The translations under genes and the position numbers were made by a program. The notes under the pieces were generated by a model. That model was not told where the DNA came from and searched no databases. It saw only the letters and a list, made by a program, of their open reading frames with translations. From an uncultured Bacteroidota bacterium (GTDB taxonomy: Bacteria; Bacteroidota; Bacteroidia; Bacteroidales; 4484-276): a stretch of 64,000 bases of DNA. Shown piece by piece: positions 37,723-47,745 of this stretch. Every line of letters starts with the position of its first letter. Positions within the stretch are counted from its first letter, which is position 1. The DNA lies in the NCBI GenBank assembly GCA_937950125.1, contig CALFEP010000306.1:168-64167 (forward strand). Direction: 5' to 3'.

Positions 37723-40311
37723 ATGAACTTAAATAATTTCACACTGAAAGCCCAGGAGGCCGTTCAGAAAGCGCAGGAAATTGCTGAAATGGGCATGCAT
37801 CCTCAAATCGAAAACGCACACCTGCTCAAGGCGATTTTAACGATCGACGAAAATGTAGCGCCTTTCCTGTTGAAAAAAATGGATGTGAATGTTGACGCAT
37901 TAAAAACTGATCTTGAAAAAATCCTTGCTACCTTTCCAAAAGTCACAGGTGGGCAGGTTTATCTATCGTCAGATGCAAATGTTGCTTTGCAAAAAGCACT
38001 TTCATTTTTAAAAGATTTTAATGATGAATTTGTTTCGATTGAACATATTTTATTAGGAATTTTATCGGTTAACGATCAGACATCAAAGCTGTTGGGCGCT
38101 TTTGGTGTGAACCGGAAAAACCTGATGGAAGCCATTAAAAGCCTAAGAAAAGGCTCCACTGTGAAAAGCAAATCTGCCGAAGATACCTTCAACGCCCTGA
38201 ACCGATATGCGCGAAACCTCAACGAGATGGCTGCTAGTGGTAAACTCGATCCCGTGATTGGCCGTGATGAGGAAATCAGGAGGATTTTGCAGATTTTATC
38301 GCGAAGGACGAAAAACAATCCGGTGTTGATCGGCGAACCTGGTGTAGGTAAAACCGCCATTGCTGAGGGAATTGCCCACCGTATCATCAATGGCGACGTA
38401 CCTGAGAACCTGAAATCAAAGCAGATTTTTTCGCTGGACATGGGTGCTTTAATAGCAGGAGCTAAATACAAAGGTGAATTTGAGGAAAGGCTGAAAAGTG
38501 TTGTTAAAGAGGTGGTTGAATCGGATGGTGAAATCGTTTTGTTCATCGATGAAATTCATACGTTGGTCGGCGCCGGCGCCAGCGAAGGCGCCATGGATGC
38601 CGCCAACATCCTGAAACCGGCTCTTGCCCGCGGCGAACTGCGGGCAATTGGCGCTACAACTTTAAAAGAATACCAGAAATATTTTGAAAAAGATAAAGCG
38701 TTAGAGCGAAGATTTCAGATTGTGATGGTGAACGAACCCGACACCCTCGATGCAATCTCGATTTTGAGAGGATTGAAGGAAAGATACGAAACGCATCACC
38801 GGGTCAGGATAAAAGACGAAGCCATCATTTCAGCAGTGGAACTTTCGCAGCGTTACATCACCGACAGGTTTTTGCCCGACAAAGCCATCGACCTGATCGA
38901 TGAAGCCGCCTCAAAACTCAGGCTCGAAATGAACTCTTTGCCAGAAGAATTAGATGAAATTGAAAGGAGGATCAAATACCTCGAAATTGAGCGCGAAGCT
39001 ATCAAACGCGAAAAAGATAGAGAAAAACTTGCCCAGTTAAGCGAGGAAATAGCCAACCTCTCAGAAAAGCGAAACCACCTCCGGGCCAGGTGGCAGGCCG
39101 AAAAGGAGGTTGTAGAATCTATCCAGACCCGCAAAAGGGACATAGAAGACCTGAAACTGCAGGCTGAGCAGGCCGAGCGGGACGGGAATTTTGGAAAAGT
39201 AGCCGAAATCCGTTATGGAAAAATAAAACAGGCCGAAGATGACCTGGAAAAATTCAAAGCAAAACTCACCCTCATCCAGGGTGAAAATCCGATGATTAAC
39301 GAGGAAGTGGACTCAGAGGGCATAGCCGAAATTGTTTCGCGCTGGACAGGAATCCCCGTTAACCGCATGCTTCAGAGTGAGCGTGAAAAACTGCTGGAAC
39401 TCGAATCGCGGCTTCATACACGGGTCGTTGGTCAGGATGAAGCCATAACGGCAGTAGCTGATGCAATCCGCCGAAGCCGTGCCGGGCTGCAGGATGCCAA
39501 ACGACCGATAGGTTCGTTCATCTTTTTGGGAACCACCGGAGTAGGAAAAACCGAATTAGCCAAAACCCTCGCTGGTTTCCTGTTTAACGATGAAAACTCG
39601 ATGGTGCGAATTGACATGTCGGAATACCAGGAACGACACACCGTTTCGCGTTTGATCGGAGCGCCTCCCGGCTACGTTGGATACGACGAAAGTGGTCAAT
39701 TGACGGAGGCTGTGCGCAGAAAACCCTATTCAGTCGTCCTGTTGGACGAAATCGAAAAAGCACACCCGGATGTTTTCAACATTCTTTTGCAGGTGTTGGA
39801 CGATGGAAGGTTGACAGATAACAAGGGTAGGGTGGTGGATTTTAAAAACACCATCATCATCATGACCTCTAACATTGGTTCGCACCTGATCCAGGATAAA
39901 CTGGGCGCACAAAATGGCAGCAATGATGAACAGAAGTTTGAACAAACCCGGCAGGAAGTTTTTGAACTCCTCAAACGAACCATTCGCCCGGAATTCCTGA
40001 ATCGTGTTGACGAAATCATCATGTTCAGGCCATTGTCAGAAAAGCAGATCCGCGAAATCGCAATGCTCCAGTTTGATTTGCTAAAAAATCTTCTGGAGAA
40101 AAACGGAGTTACAATGCTAGTTACCGATGCTGCTATCGATTGGATTTCAGAAGCCGGATTTGATCCTCAATATGGCGCACGCCCGGTAAAAAGGGTTATC
40201 CAGAAAAACGTGATGAACGAACTTTCGAAAATGATCCTGGCCGGAAAATTATTGAGAGACAAACCTATCGTCCTGGATTTTGATGGAAAAGGGCTGGTTT
40301 TTACAAATTGA
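37723..40311 (+). CDS. clpB: ATP-dependent chaperone ClpB
   Basis: [24 protein letters not shown], middle coiled-coil domain, [34 protein letters not shown]. Likely start is ATG 37723. Confidence 0.97.
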   Translation: MNLNNFTLKAQEAVQKAQEIAEMGMHPQIENAHLLKAILTIDENVAPFLLKKMDVNVDALKTDLEKILATFPKVTGGQVYLSSDANVALQKALSFLKDFNDEFVSIEHILLGILSVNDQTSKLLGAFGVNRKNLMEAIKSLRKGSTVKSKSAEDTFNALNRYARNLNEMAASGKLDPVIGRDEEIRRILQILSRRTKNNPVLIGEPGVGKTAIAEGIAHRIINGDVPENLKSKQIFSLDMGALIAGAKYKGEFEERLKSVVKEVVESDGEIVLFIDEIHTLVGAGASEGAMDAANILKPALARGELRAIGATTLKEYQKYFEKDKALERRFQIVMVNEPDTLDAISILRGLKERYETHHRVRIKDEAIISAVELSQRYITDRFLPDKAIDLIDEAASKLRLEMNSLPEELDEIERRIKYLEIEREAIKREKDREKLAQLSEEIANLSEKRNHLRARWQAEKEVVESIQTRKRDIEDLKLQAEQAERDGNFGKVAEIRYGKIKQAEDDLEKFKAKLTLIQGENPMINEEVDSEGIAEIVSRWTGIPVNRMLQSEREKLLELESRLHTRVVGQDEAITAVADAIRRSRAGLQDAKRPIGSFIFLGTTGVGKTELAKTLAGFLFNDENSMVRIDMSEYQERHTVSRLIGAPPGYVGYDESGQLTEAVRRKPYSVVLLDEIEKAHPDVFNILLQVLDDGRLTDNKGRVVDFKNTIIIMTSNIGSHLIQDKLGAQNGSNDEQKFEQTRQEVFELLKRTIRPEFLNRVDEIIMFRPLSEKQIREIAMLQFDLLKNLLEKNGVTMLVTDAAIDWISEAGFDPQYGARPVKRVIQKNVMNELSKMILAGKLLRDKPIVLDFDGKGLVFTN

Positions 40312-40390
40312 AATCCGATCTTCAAGGATTAATAATGCTTGTAACTCGTTGATAATAAACCTAACAAGTCTTAAAGACTTGTTAGGTTTT
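40171..40390 (+). repeat. Direct repeat copy 1: last 141 nt of clpB + 3' UTR + hairpin
   Basis: Aligns without gaps to 41442-41582 over 141 nt (24 mismatches, 83%). Similarity continues through the downstream hairpin. Confidence 0.9.
40357..40389. terminator. 15-bp perfect hairpin after clpB (terminator/REP-like)
   Basis: AAACCTAACAAGTCT-TAA-AGACTTGTTAGGTTT followed by TTT. Confidence 0.7.
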
Positions 40391-40494
40391 TTAGTAGTAC
40401 CGAATCTTGAAAATTAATTAGGAGAATTTGCAAAAAATGAAGATACCTTTGCTTTACAGCTATGTTAAAATTATGATTTCTAAATTCTTGTATT

Positions 40495-41391
40495 ATGAGA
40501 AAATTTACCATAACTCTTTTCGCAATTTTTCTAATGTCGTTTAAAATGGTTGATGCTCAGGAATACCATCCTTTAATTGAGTCTGAAAAGTCTTGGGATA
40601 TGGATTATTACTACATGGGTTCATGGTGCCCGGTGTGGTTCCATCGTTATTTCTATGATGGAAAGGATACAGTAGTAGGAGGTACTCTTTACTCCAAAAT
40701 CGACTATTTTAAGTTTCTATCAGATCATCCAATGTATTGCCCACCATACTATTGCGATACAATCCAGTACACAGGGTACCTTTTGTATGAAGATACAACC
40801 GAAAGGAAAGTATTCATAAAGTATGAAGGTGAGCCAGTACTCTTGTACGATTTTTCTCTTGCAATTGGTGATACTTTTGTATCACAATATACAACTGAGG
40901 GAATTGAATTTCTTGTAACTCAGATTGATGAAATTGAACTATTAAATGGAGAGATGAGGAAAAGATGGACGTTTCTGGATTTCAATGGCTGGTACGGTGA
41001 ATCTTCATATATCGAAGGCATTGGTTTAGAGTCAGGGTTGTTCAGCAATATGATTCACTTTGAATGGGTTTCAAATTTATTATGTGTTCAAATAAATGAT
41101 GTTCAGGTATTTGGAGAATTTTGTTATGGTTGGGTCGGACAAGAGGATTTAGTTAAAGATGGTTTTTTAGTTTTCCCCAACCCTGCTAAAGACTTACTCC
41201 GTATCACAATTCCTGAAAATTGTGAAAATAGGATTATCCGGCTTTACGATGTAACCGGGCATTTACTGTTTCAAAAAGAAATGATTTCAGCCAACGATTA
41301 CATCGATATTTCAAGGTTTTCACCAGGAATGTATTTTCTTTATTTACAATCCGGAGATTTCATTCACAAACAAAAAGTTGTAATCAAGTAA
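40495..41391 (+). CDS. T9SS type A sorting domain-containing secreted protein
   Basis: Signal peptide, LLYDFSLAIGDTF, YIEGIG, CTD VFPNPAKD...LYDVTG...GMYFL...KVVIK. TACCTTTG promoter element at 40444-40451. Confidence 0.85.
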   Translation: MRKFTITLFAIFLMSFKMVDAQEYHPLIESEKSWDMDYYYMGSWCPVWFHRYFYDGKDTVVGGTLYSKIDYFKFLSDHPMYCPPYYCDTIQYTGYLLYEDTTERKVFIKYEGEPVLLYDFSLAIGDTFVSQYTTEGIEFLVTQIDEIELLNGEMRKRWTFLDFNGWYGESSYIEGIGLESGLFSNMIHFEWVSNLLCVQINDVQVFGEFCYGWVGQEDLVKDGFLVFPNPAKDLLRITIPENCENRIIRLYDVTGHLLFQKEMISANDYIDISRFSPGMYFLYLQSGDFIHKQKVVIK

Positions 41392-41441
41392 AGATTAAAT
41401 CAATTGAGTTAATCAGTCACACTAAAATTTTACATCTGTTT

Positions 41442-41582
41442 TATGGTACCCGCCTGGTAAAAAGGGTTATCCAGAAGAATGTAATGAACGAACTTTCGAA
41501 AATGGTCCTGGTTGGCAAAGTCATAAAAGACAAACCAATCGTGCTTGATTTTGTCGGAAAAGAGGTAGTTTTTACAAATTGA
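41442..41582 (+). pseudogene. Start-less duplicate of the last 46 codons of clpB
   Basis: Translates [46 protein letters not shown], versus [46 protein letters not shown] in clpB. Confidence 0.88.
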
Positions 41583-41628
41583 AAAACAACTTTCACGAAA
41601 TAAAAAATGACTGTAACCGATTGATAAT

Positions 41629-41661
41629 AAACCTAACAGGTTTTAAAAACCTGTTAGGTTT
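41629..41661. terminator. 15-bp perfect hairpin, paralogue of 40357-40389
   Basis: AAACCTAACAGGTTT-TAA-AAACCTGTTAGGTTT. Confidence 0.65.
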
Positions 41662-41733
41662 TGCTTTTCGTCAAAACAAAAACCTGGTTGTTATTTTTTA
41701 TTTTTGCCCATCATTTAACAAACTCTCTGGTAA

Positions 41734-44154
41734 ATGCATAGAAGTAGAATTTTCAGACTAAGCCTTGTTTCCTTATTATCGGTTATTTTTTACCTTTCGG
41801 CAAATACCCAGGAAAAAACCATTACCTATCCATTCGACCCCTCCTACCAGTTTGAAGACCGGCAAATTGAAATTTACCATCTGAAAGCCGACCTCGAAAT
41901 CTTCCCTTTCGATACCCTTGTTATTGGTGAGGCTGAATTTTCATTTAAAATCTTGGATGAAAATCTGGATTCGATTGTATTCAGTGTTCCTGAACTGGAC
42001 ATTAAAAAAGTCAACATTGATGGCTCAAATGCTGATTTCAGGGTAAAAGGCAACCAGGTTTTGGTATTTCCAACAGAAAAATTCACGTGGCAAACCCATC
42101 ATAAAATCTCATTCACTTACACTGCCAAGCCCACGGAAGGTCTTTATTTTATTGGCTGGAATGACCCTCAGAAAATTCGCCGTAAGCAAATCTGGGGGCA
42201 CCGGCCCGATCATTGGCTGCCCTATTCTGCCGCAATCCTTACGGTTGAAATGTCGGTAACCGTTCCCGATGACCAGAAAGTATTTTCAAACGGTGTTCGT
42301 GAATCAATAAAATCCAATAAAAACGGCACCAAAACCTGGAATTACCGGATGAATCATCCGCACCCTTTCTTTTCGACCTGCCTAGTGATTGGTGATTATG
42401 AATACAAAAACCTGAAAACCGCCCGCGGCCTGCCTTTGGAGCTTTGGTACTATCCCGACCATGAAGATCATTTTGAACCGACATACCGTTACCAGGCCGA
42501 GATGTTCAGCTTTTTTGAGGAAGAATTTGGTTTTAATTATCCGTGGGAACTTTATCGCCAGGCGCCTGTCACCGATTATTTGTATGGAGCCATGGAAACA
42601 ACCACTGCCACTGTGTTTGGCGATTTTTTGATGGTTGATGACAGGGGTTTTACAGGCAGAAATTATGTGAATGTAAACGCTCACGAACTGGCGCATCAGT
42701 GGTTTGGAAATTACATTTCGCACCTGAAAACGAAGGATGTTTGGCTCACCGAAAGTTTTGCTACCTATTTTGCCAAAAAATTTGAACAGCACATTTATGG
42801 AGAAGATTATTATCAAAATATTCGCGTCCAAGAACTTGAAGACACCTACACAGCGGCCAAGCGAAACAATTATGGGGTTGGCCATGCCCAGGGTGGGAGA
42901 GAGCGGTTTTATCCGAAAGGCTCGCTGGTGATGGACATGCTGCGTGATGTGCTGGGTGAGAAGGAATTCAAGGCAAGCATTAAATATTACCTCGAAAACA
43001 ATCCTTACCAGGCTGCTGAAACCTGCGATTTTCTCCAGGCCATCAGGAAAACTACCGGCCGTTCACTGGAATGGTTTTTTGAAGAATGGATTTATCGTGG
43101 TGGAGAACCGTTTTATGAGGTAGCATATAAAAAATTAATACCTGAAAGTGGCATTCCTGAAATCCGCATAAAAGTCGATCAGATTCATGAAACCAACGCA
43201 TTGATTGGTCTTTTCAATATGCCGATGGATTTTGAAATTCACTACAGTGATGGAACCATTGACAAAAAAACCCAATGGATTGAAAGTAAACATGAAGAAG
43301 TAGTAATTAAAAATCCTGATAATAAACCAGTTGATTTTGTTCTATTTGATCCAGGAAGAAAGATTATTAAAAAGGTCAAATTTGAAAGAACTTACCAGGA
43401 ATTGATTGCTCAGGCTGAGAAGGCTCCAAACATGATCGACAGGTATGATGCACTTCTGGCGATGAGGAATACACAACTTTCTGAAAAAGAAAGTGATCTT
43501 ATTCGAATTTATCAAAAGGAGAAATTTCATTTAACCAAATCTGAAATAATTGCCCAATTGGCCTTATCCCGAAGTCCGGAAGTGGAATTGTTGATGAAAT
43601 CAGCCCTTCATGACCAGGATGACAAAGTGAGGCTGGCAGTTGTGCAAAATCTTCTATTAATTCCTGAAAACTTAAAAACGGATTATGAAACCCTGCTTTA
43701 CGACTCTTCGTACATCAACCTGGGTTTGGCACTTGAAAATCTGTGCAATTCCTTTCCTGAAAATTGTACCAGCTATCTTGAAAAAACAGTACAAGAAACC
43801 GGTTGGAGAGGTCTGAATATCAAAATAAAGTGGCTTGAAATAGCCATCTATCATGGTTTTGAAGAGCATCTTCCGGAGTTGATCAATTACTCAGGACCAT
43901 CTTTTGAATTTGAGACCAGGATCAATGTCTTTGAAGCGTTTAAAAGACTGAATTTGTTGAACCCCGAAATCGTTCAAAACATGCTTGAAGGTATGCTACA
44001 CTGGAATTATAAAATCAGGAATGCAGCACAGTCCAATCTCCGTGAAATGGTAAAGCAAACCCAATGGGCAGAACTGGTCAAAAACATTATCATCACGAGT
44101 AGTTTTTCAGGTAACCAAAAAATGAAACTTTTTCAGGCACTTGCGATAAACTAA
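41734..44154 (+). CDS. M1 family aminopeptidase with HEAT-like C-terminal region
   Basis: Signal peptide, GAMET exopeptidase motif, HELAHQW...WLTESFA zinc motif, YPKG. Confidence 0.9.
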   Translation: MHRSRIFRLSLVSLLSVIFYLSANTQEKTITYPFDPSYQFEDRQIEIYHLKADLEIFPFDTLVIGEAEFSFKILDENLDSIVFSVPELDIKKVNIDGSNADFRVKGNQVLVFPTEKFTWQTHHKISFTYTAKPTEGLYFIGWNDPQKIRRKQIWGHRPDHWLPYSAAILTVEMSVTVPDDQKVFSNGVRESIKSNKNGTKTWNYRMNHPHPFFSTCLVIGDYEYKNLKTARGLPLELWYYPDHEDHFEPTYRYQAEMFSFFEEEFGFNYPWELYRQAPVTDYLYGAMETTTATVFGDFLMVDDRGFTGRNYVNVNAHELAHQWFGNYISHLKTKDVWLTESFATYFAKKFEQHIYGEDYYQNIRVQELEDTYTAAKRNNYGVGHAQGGRERFYPKGSLVMDMLRDVLGEKEFKASIKYYLENNPYQAAETCDFLQAIRKTTGRSLEWFFEEWIYRGGEPFYEVAYKKLIPESGIPEIRIKVDQIHETNALIGLFNMPMDFEIHYSDGTIDKKTQWIESKHEEVVIKNPDNKPVDFVLFDPGRKIIKKVKFERTYQELIAQAEKAPNMIDRYDALLAMRNTQLSEKESDLIRIYQKEKFHLTKSEIIAQLALSRSPEVELLMKSALHDQDDKVRLAVVQNLLLIPENLKTDYETLLYDSSYINLGLALENLCNSFPENCTSYLEKTVQETGWRGLNIKIKWLEIAIYHGFEEHLPELINYSGPSFEFETRINVFEAFKRLNLLNPEIVQNMLEGMLHWNYKIRNAAQSNLREMVKQTQWAELVKNIIITSSFSGNQKMKLFQALAIN

Positions 44155-44232
44155 TTAAACTTTTATCCTTCGGTTGTGTTAAACTTCATACATTTGGAAA
44201 TTCAATTTTAAACTCAAAACGCTAAATAAACT

Positions 44233-45933
44233 ATGAAACATATTGTGCTTTTGGCTTTTGCTTTTGTTTTCGCCTTGCCAGTATTTTCTCAGATTTATCC
44301 TGACAAATACCTGGTTGAGTTTACTGACAAAAACAATTCACCGTATTCAATTCAGAATCCTGCAGCGTATTTATCACCACGGGCTATTGACCGGAGGGAA
44401 AGGTACGGAATACCAATTGATGAACTCGATCTGCCTGTCAATCCCCAATATTTGCAGGCAGTTGCTGATGTCGGTGTTCAAATTATCAATCCCACAAAAT
44501 GGCTTAACGCAGTGACAATTTATACCGATAATCCAGAAAAAATTTCAGAAATTCAGGCTTTACCTTTTGTAAAAAATGTTCTGAAATGTTTTTTAGGCAC
44601 AAAATCATCTTCAGGTAAAGCATTAGATCCGTTTTCGCTAAATAAACCTTTTGGTTATGATGAAGCATTTGAAGGGTTTTTATCGACAACTAAATCGTCA
44701 AATGCAACCACCTCACTCGATTATGGGCAGGGCTTCAATCAAATCGATATGATAGGCGGGGTTGGACTTCATGACCAGGGTTTTCAGGGGCAGGGAATGG
44801 TTATTGCTGTTTTGGATGGAGGATTTACTGCCACCGACGTGCTCGATGCCTTCGACAGTCTTTACATGAATGGTCAGATTTTGGGAACACGCGATTTCGT
44901 GAGCGGCGGAACCAATGTTTACCAGGGTTCGGGACACGGAACAGCGGTACTTTCCACCATGGGCGCAAATCTTCCTGGGCAACTGATAGGAACAGCACCA
45001 AAAGCAAGTTATTGGCTTCTGAGAACTGAAGACACTGGTTCAGAATACATTATTGAAGAATTCAATTGGGCTTCAGGCGCCGAGTTAGCCGATAGTGTGG
45101 GTGCAGACATTATCAACTCATCATTAAGTTACAAAACCTTTGATGACCCACTGTATGACCACAGTTACGAAAATATGGACGGAAACACCGCTCCATCAAC
45201 AAGAGCCGCAGATATTGCAATGAGTCGCGGAATGGTGGTTGTCAACAGTGCCGGCAACGATGGGAACTCATCAACCTGGCCATGGATTGGCGCCCCGGCT
45301 GATGGTGACAGCGTTTTCAGCATTGGAGCCGTTGATTCTGAAGGCGTTTATGCGTCTTTTAGTTCCATTGGCCCTACCTACGATGGCCGGTTGAAACCAA
45401 ATTTTGTTGCTCAGGGCAAAAATACCGTAATAGCGTCTTTAAATGGAGGAATTGGTACCTCAAGCGGTACATCGTTTTCATCACCCATTATAGCAGGAAT
45501 GACAGCTTGTTTGTGGCAAACCGACCCCACAATGACTAACATGAATCTGCTTAATGCCATTCAGATGAGTGCAAGCCAGGCTATTAACCCAGATTACCAA
45601 ATGGGTCACGGAATACCCGATTACACAATGGCAAGTATCATTCTTTCAGGGTTTAATCCTGATTTGGTTAAAGAAACAAACCAAATTGATGTCTTCCCAA
45701 ATCCTTTTGATGATGAATTGAAAATCGTTTACAATTCACCCGATACCCACAACATCAGCATCGAAATCTATGACATGAAAGGAAGACTCATGTTTTCACA
45801 ACAAAACATCAACAGAAGGGTAGGGTTGAATTATTATCAAATCAAAGGATTAATTGATTTGGATAAAGGTGTGTACTTTTTATCAATTTCTTCAAAAGAG
45901 GTCATTACTACCCAAAAGATCATCAAGTTTTAG
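44233..45933 (+). CDS. S8 subtilisin-family serine protease with T9SS type A CTD
   Basis: Catalytic triad IAVLDGG, HGTAVLS, GTSFSSP; NSAGN; CTD VFPNPF...IYDMKGR...GVYFL...KIIKF. Confidence 0.93.
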   Translation: MKHIVLLAFAFVFALPVFSQIYPDKYLVEFTDKNNSPYSIQNPAAYLSPRAIDRRERYGIPIDELDLPVNPQYLQAVADVGVQIINPTKWLNAVTIYTDNPEKISEIQALPFVKNVLKCFLGTKSSSGKALDPFSLNKPFGYDEAFEGFLSTTKSSNATTSLDYGQGFNQIDMIGGVGLHDQGFQGQGMVIAVLDGGFTATDVLDAFDSLYMNGQILGTRDFVSGGTNVYQGSGHGTAVLSTMGANLPGQLIGTAPKASYWLLRTEDTGSEYIIEEFNWASGAELADSVGADIINSSLSYKTFDDPLYDHSYENMDGNTAPSTRAADIAMSRGMVVVNSAGNDGNSSTWPWIGAPADGDSVFSIGAVDSEGVYASFSSIGPTYDGRLKPNFVAQGKNTVIASLNGGIGTSSGTSFSSPIIAGMTACLWQTDPTMTNMNLLNAIQMSASQAINPDYQMGHGIPDYTMASIILSGFNPDLVKETNQIDVFPNPFDDELKIVYNSPDTHNISIEIYDMKGRLMFSQQNINRRVGLNYYQIKGLIDLDKGVYFLSISSKEVITTQKIIKF

Positions 45934-45962
45934 TATCGGCTAATCATATTATTGAAGGAAAG

Positions 45963-45989
45963 GCAGGAGAATACTCCTGCTTTTTTTTT
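45963..45989 (+). terminator. Intrinsic terminator after the S8 protease
   Basis: GCAGGAG-AATA-CTCCTGC followed by T9. Confidence 0.8.
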
Positions 45990-46281
45990 GAATAATCTTT
46001 TGTATTTGCTATTTCTGCAATAACCCTATTCTTAGTAGCTGGTTTTTAATTTTTTACATTAAATCTTGGTACGCCAACCTAAATCCACATCTCGTTTTAA
46101 TCAGAATATTCAGGATTAAAAGAAATTTTGTGCCCGAATAGCATATTTATTTCCACATATTCAATTCCATCTCCATTTTAATTAAATCGTTTTAATCTCA
46201 CGTGCATGATTAGGGTAGGGCAGGGAAAAAAAGAAACATCTCAATAACATTCCTTTACATTAGTGATTTTGCAATTAACAT

Positions 46282-46342
46282 TTACAAACGTAACATCAAT
46301 ATCTTAACAATTGTAAATCTATTTATTTGATTACATTTGTAA
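46282..46342. promoter_or_regulatory. Distal triplet of palindromic TTACAWWTGTAA sites
   Basis: 46282 TTACAAACGTAA, 46305 TAACAATTGTAA, 46331 TTACATTTGTAA. Confidence 0.6.
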
Positions 46343-46590
46343 AATATGATGTCAAAATATCATGAATTTTGTAAAACGAATGAAATTCATGGAAATAATC
46401 AACTAAAATTTTATGATCGACTAATATCCAGTAATTTATAGAACTTACCTGAATTAAAAATAAAAAAAATACCTGAATTATCCTTAAAACATAGCATCGC
46501 GTTAATTGATTCGATTAACTTATTAAATATTAGCTATTTATTGCATTTATCTTGGTTATTAATTGATTTTTTTACTCATGTGAATCGCAA

Positions 46591-46649
46591 TTACAATTGT
46601 ATTTTATGTAAATTTACATTTGTTATTATTAAATGATTTACTTTTGTAA
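46591..46649. promoter_or_regulatory. Proximal triplet of palindromic TTACAWWTGTAA sites overlapping the XRE gene promoter
   Basis: 46591 TTACAATTGTAT, 46614 TTACATTTGTTA, 46638 TTACTTTTGTAA. The last site contains TACTTTTG (-7) and ends 15 nt before the ATG. Confidence 0.6.
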
Positions 46650-46664
46650 AAATTATAATAAATT

Positions 46665-47195
46665 ATGGAAACGATGCAGGACAGAATAGCATTAATAATT
46701 TCGACCAAAAATTTGACCAATGCAGAATTTGCTGAGGCCATAGGTGTTCAGCCTTCAAACATCAGTCACATCATGTCTGGACGAAACAATCCCAGCCTGG
46801 ATCTGGTTAAGAAAATTTTGAACCGTTATCCTGAAATCCGGCTTGAATGGTTGGTAAATGGTAAAGGGGCAATGACCAAAGAGTTGAACCTTTTCGATTA
46901 TGAAAATCAAAAATCAACCAATGTAAAATCTGTTGCCAAAAGTGCAGATGCACAGGATATAGTAAAACCTCAAACCGATTCGGTGCAAATACCGCAGGCA
47001 TTTGAAGATAAATTGCCCGAAAAGGTGTCAGAAATGATTAAAAAAGAGGAAGATAAAGGTAAATCGCTGTTAGGTTCATTCAGGGAGGAAATAGAAAAAA
47101 AGTTCGAACCGCATAAATCAAATCCAAAAAAGGTGGAAAGGATTGTGATTTTTTATGAGGATCGAACTTTTATTGAGTACAAACCTGCTGATTAA
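46665..47195 (+). CDS. XRE-family HTH transcriptional regulator with Bacteroidota C-terminal VERIVIFY motif
   Basis: [39 protein letters not shown]-terminal [15 protein letters not shown]. No S24 peptidase domain seen. Confidence 0.88.
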   Translation: METMQDRIALIISTKNLTNAEFAEAIGVQPSNISHIMSGRNNPSLDLVKKILNRYPEIRLEWLVNGKGAMTKELNLFDYENQKSTNVKSVAKSADAQDIVKPQTDSVQIPQAFEDKLPEKVSEMIKKEEDKGKSLLGSFREEIEKKFEPHKSNPKKVERIVIFYEDRTFIEYKPAD

Positions 47196-47611
47196 AAGCG
47201 CTCGAGGCGTGAGAAGAAGAAATCGGATTCGATTACGGCGTTTTCGTCACTATCTGAACCGTGCACGGCATTGGCCTGGATTGAGGTGCCGTAAAGTGCT
47301 CTGATTGTACCTGCTTCGGCATTAGCTGGATTTGTGGCGCCAATCAGTTTCCTGTATTCTTCAATGGCATTTTCTTTTTCAAGAATGGCTGCCACTATAG
47401 GTCCTGATGACATAAATTCCACAAGATCGTTGTAAAATGGTCTTTCGGCATGAACAAGGTAAAACTGTTTGGCCTGGTCAGCGGTCAATCGCATGAATTT
47501 CATTGCTACAATCCTAAATCCTGCTTCATTGATTTTGGCTAAAATAGGGCCGATAAATCCTTTCTGAACGGCCACAGGTTTGATCATTGTAAGTGTTTTA
47601 TTTCCTCTCAT
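47192..47611 (-). CDS. ndk: Nucleoside-diphosphate kinase
   Basis: [32 protein letters not shown]. Likely start is ATG 47611. Confidence 0.96.
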   Translation of the reverse strand: MRGNKTLTMIKPVAVQKGFIGPILAKINEAGFRIVAMKFMRLTADQAKQFYLVHAERPFYNDLVEFMSSGPIVAAILEKENAIEEYRKLIGATNPANAEAGTIRALYGTSIQANAVHGSDSDENAVIESDFFFSRLERF

Positions 47612-47640
47612 TGTAAAATTGTAAATTAAATGGTGTGGTA

Positions 47641-47698
47641 CAAAAATAGCATTACCCTGTCTATACAGTGGCATTTAACGTTTTTTATTATACTTTTG
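47641..47698. promoter_or_regulatory. Divergent -7 elements for ndk (minus, 47641-47648) and nrnA (plus, 47691-47698)
   Basis: TATTTTTG on the minus strand and TACTTTTG on the plus strand. Confidence 0.55.
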
Positions 47699-47745
47699 CA
47701 TCAGTGAAACTTATATAAAATATTACAGATCAACTATTTATAATT

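Larger units (their letters stand above)
40171..41441. mobile_element. Candidate 1,271-bp genomic islet integrated at the clpB 3' end (no integrase present)
   Basis: Bounded by the clpB-end direct repeat and carries one lower-GC T9SS gene. Confidence 0.55.
41442..41662 (+). repeat. Direct repeat copy 2: clpB 3' fragment + UTR + hairpin
   Basis: Offset 1271-1272 nt from copy 1. Confidence 0.9.

Noticed and set aside
40448-40470. dif/pdif-like XerD arm (CTATGTTAAAA) inside the clpB islet
   Set aside because: Two mismatches to TTATGTTAAAT, no matching XerC arm and no partner site at the other boundary; the stretch overlaps a promoter element.
46081-46157. DnaA-box-like AAATCCACA and ATTTCCACA, suggesting oriC in the XRE upstream gap
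   Set aside because: Each has two mismatches in an AT-rich context; the TTACAWWTGTAA array explains the region better. A GC-skew analysis would settle it.
18943-47195. Convergent gene pairs with abutting or overlapping stops (18945/18946, 27647/27648, 47192-47195)
   Set aside because: Common in compact genomes, with no further evidence of antisense regulation.
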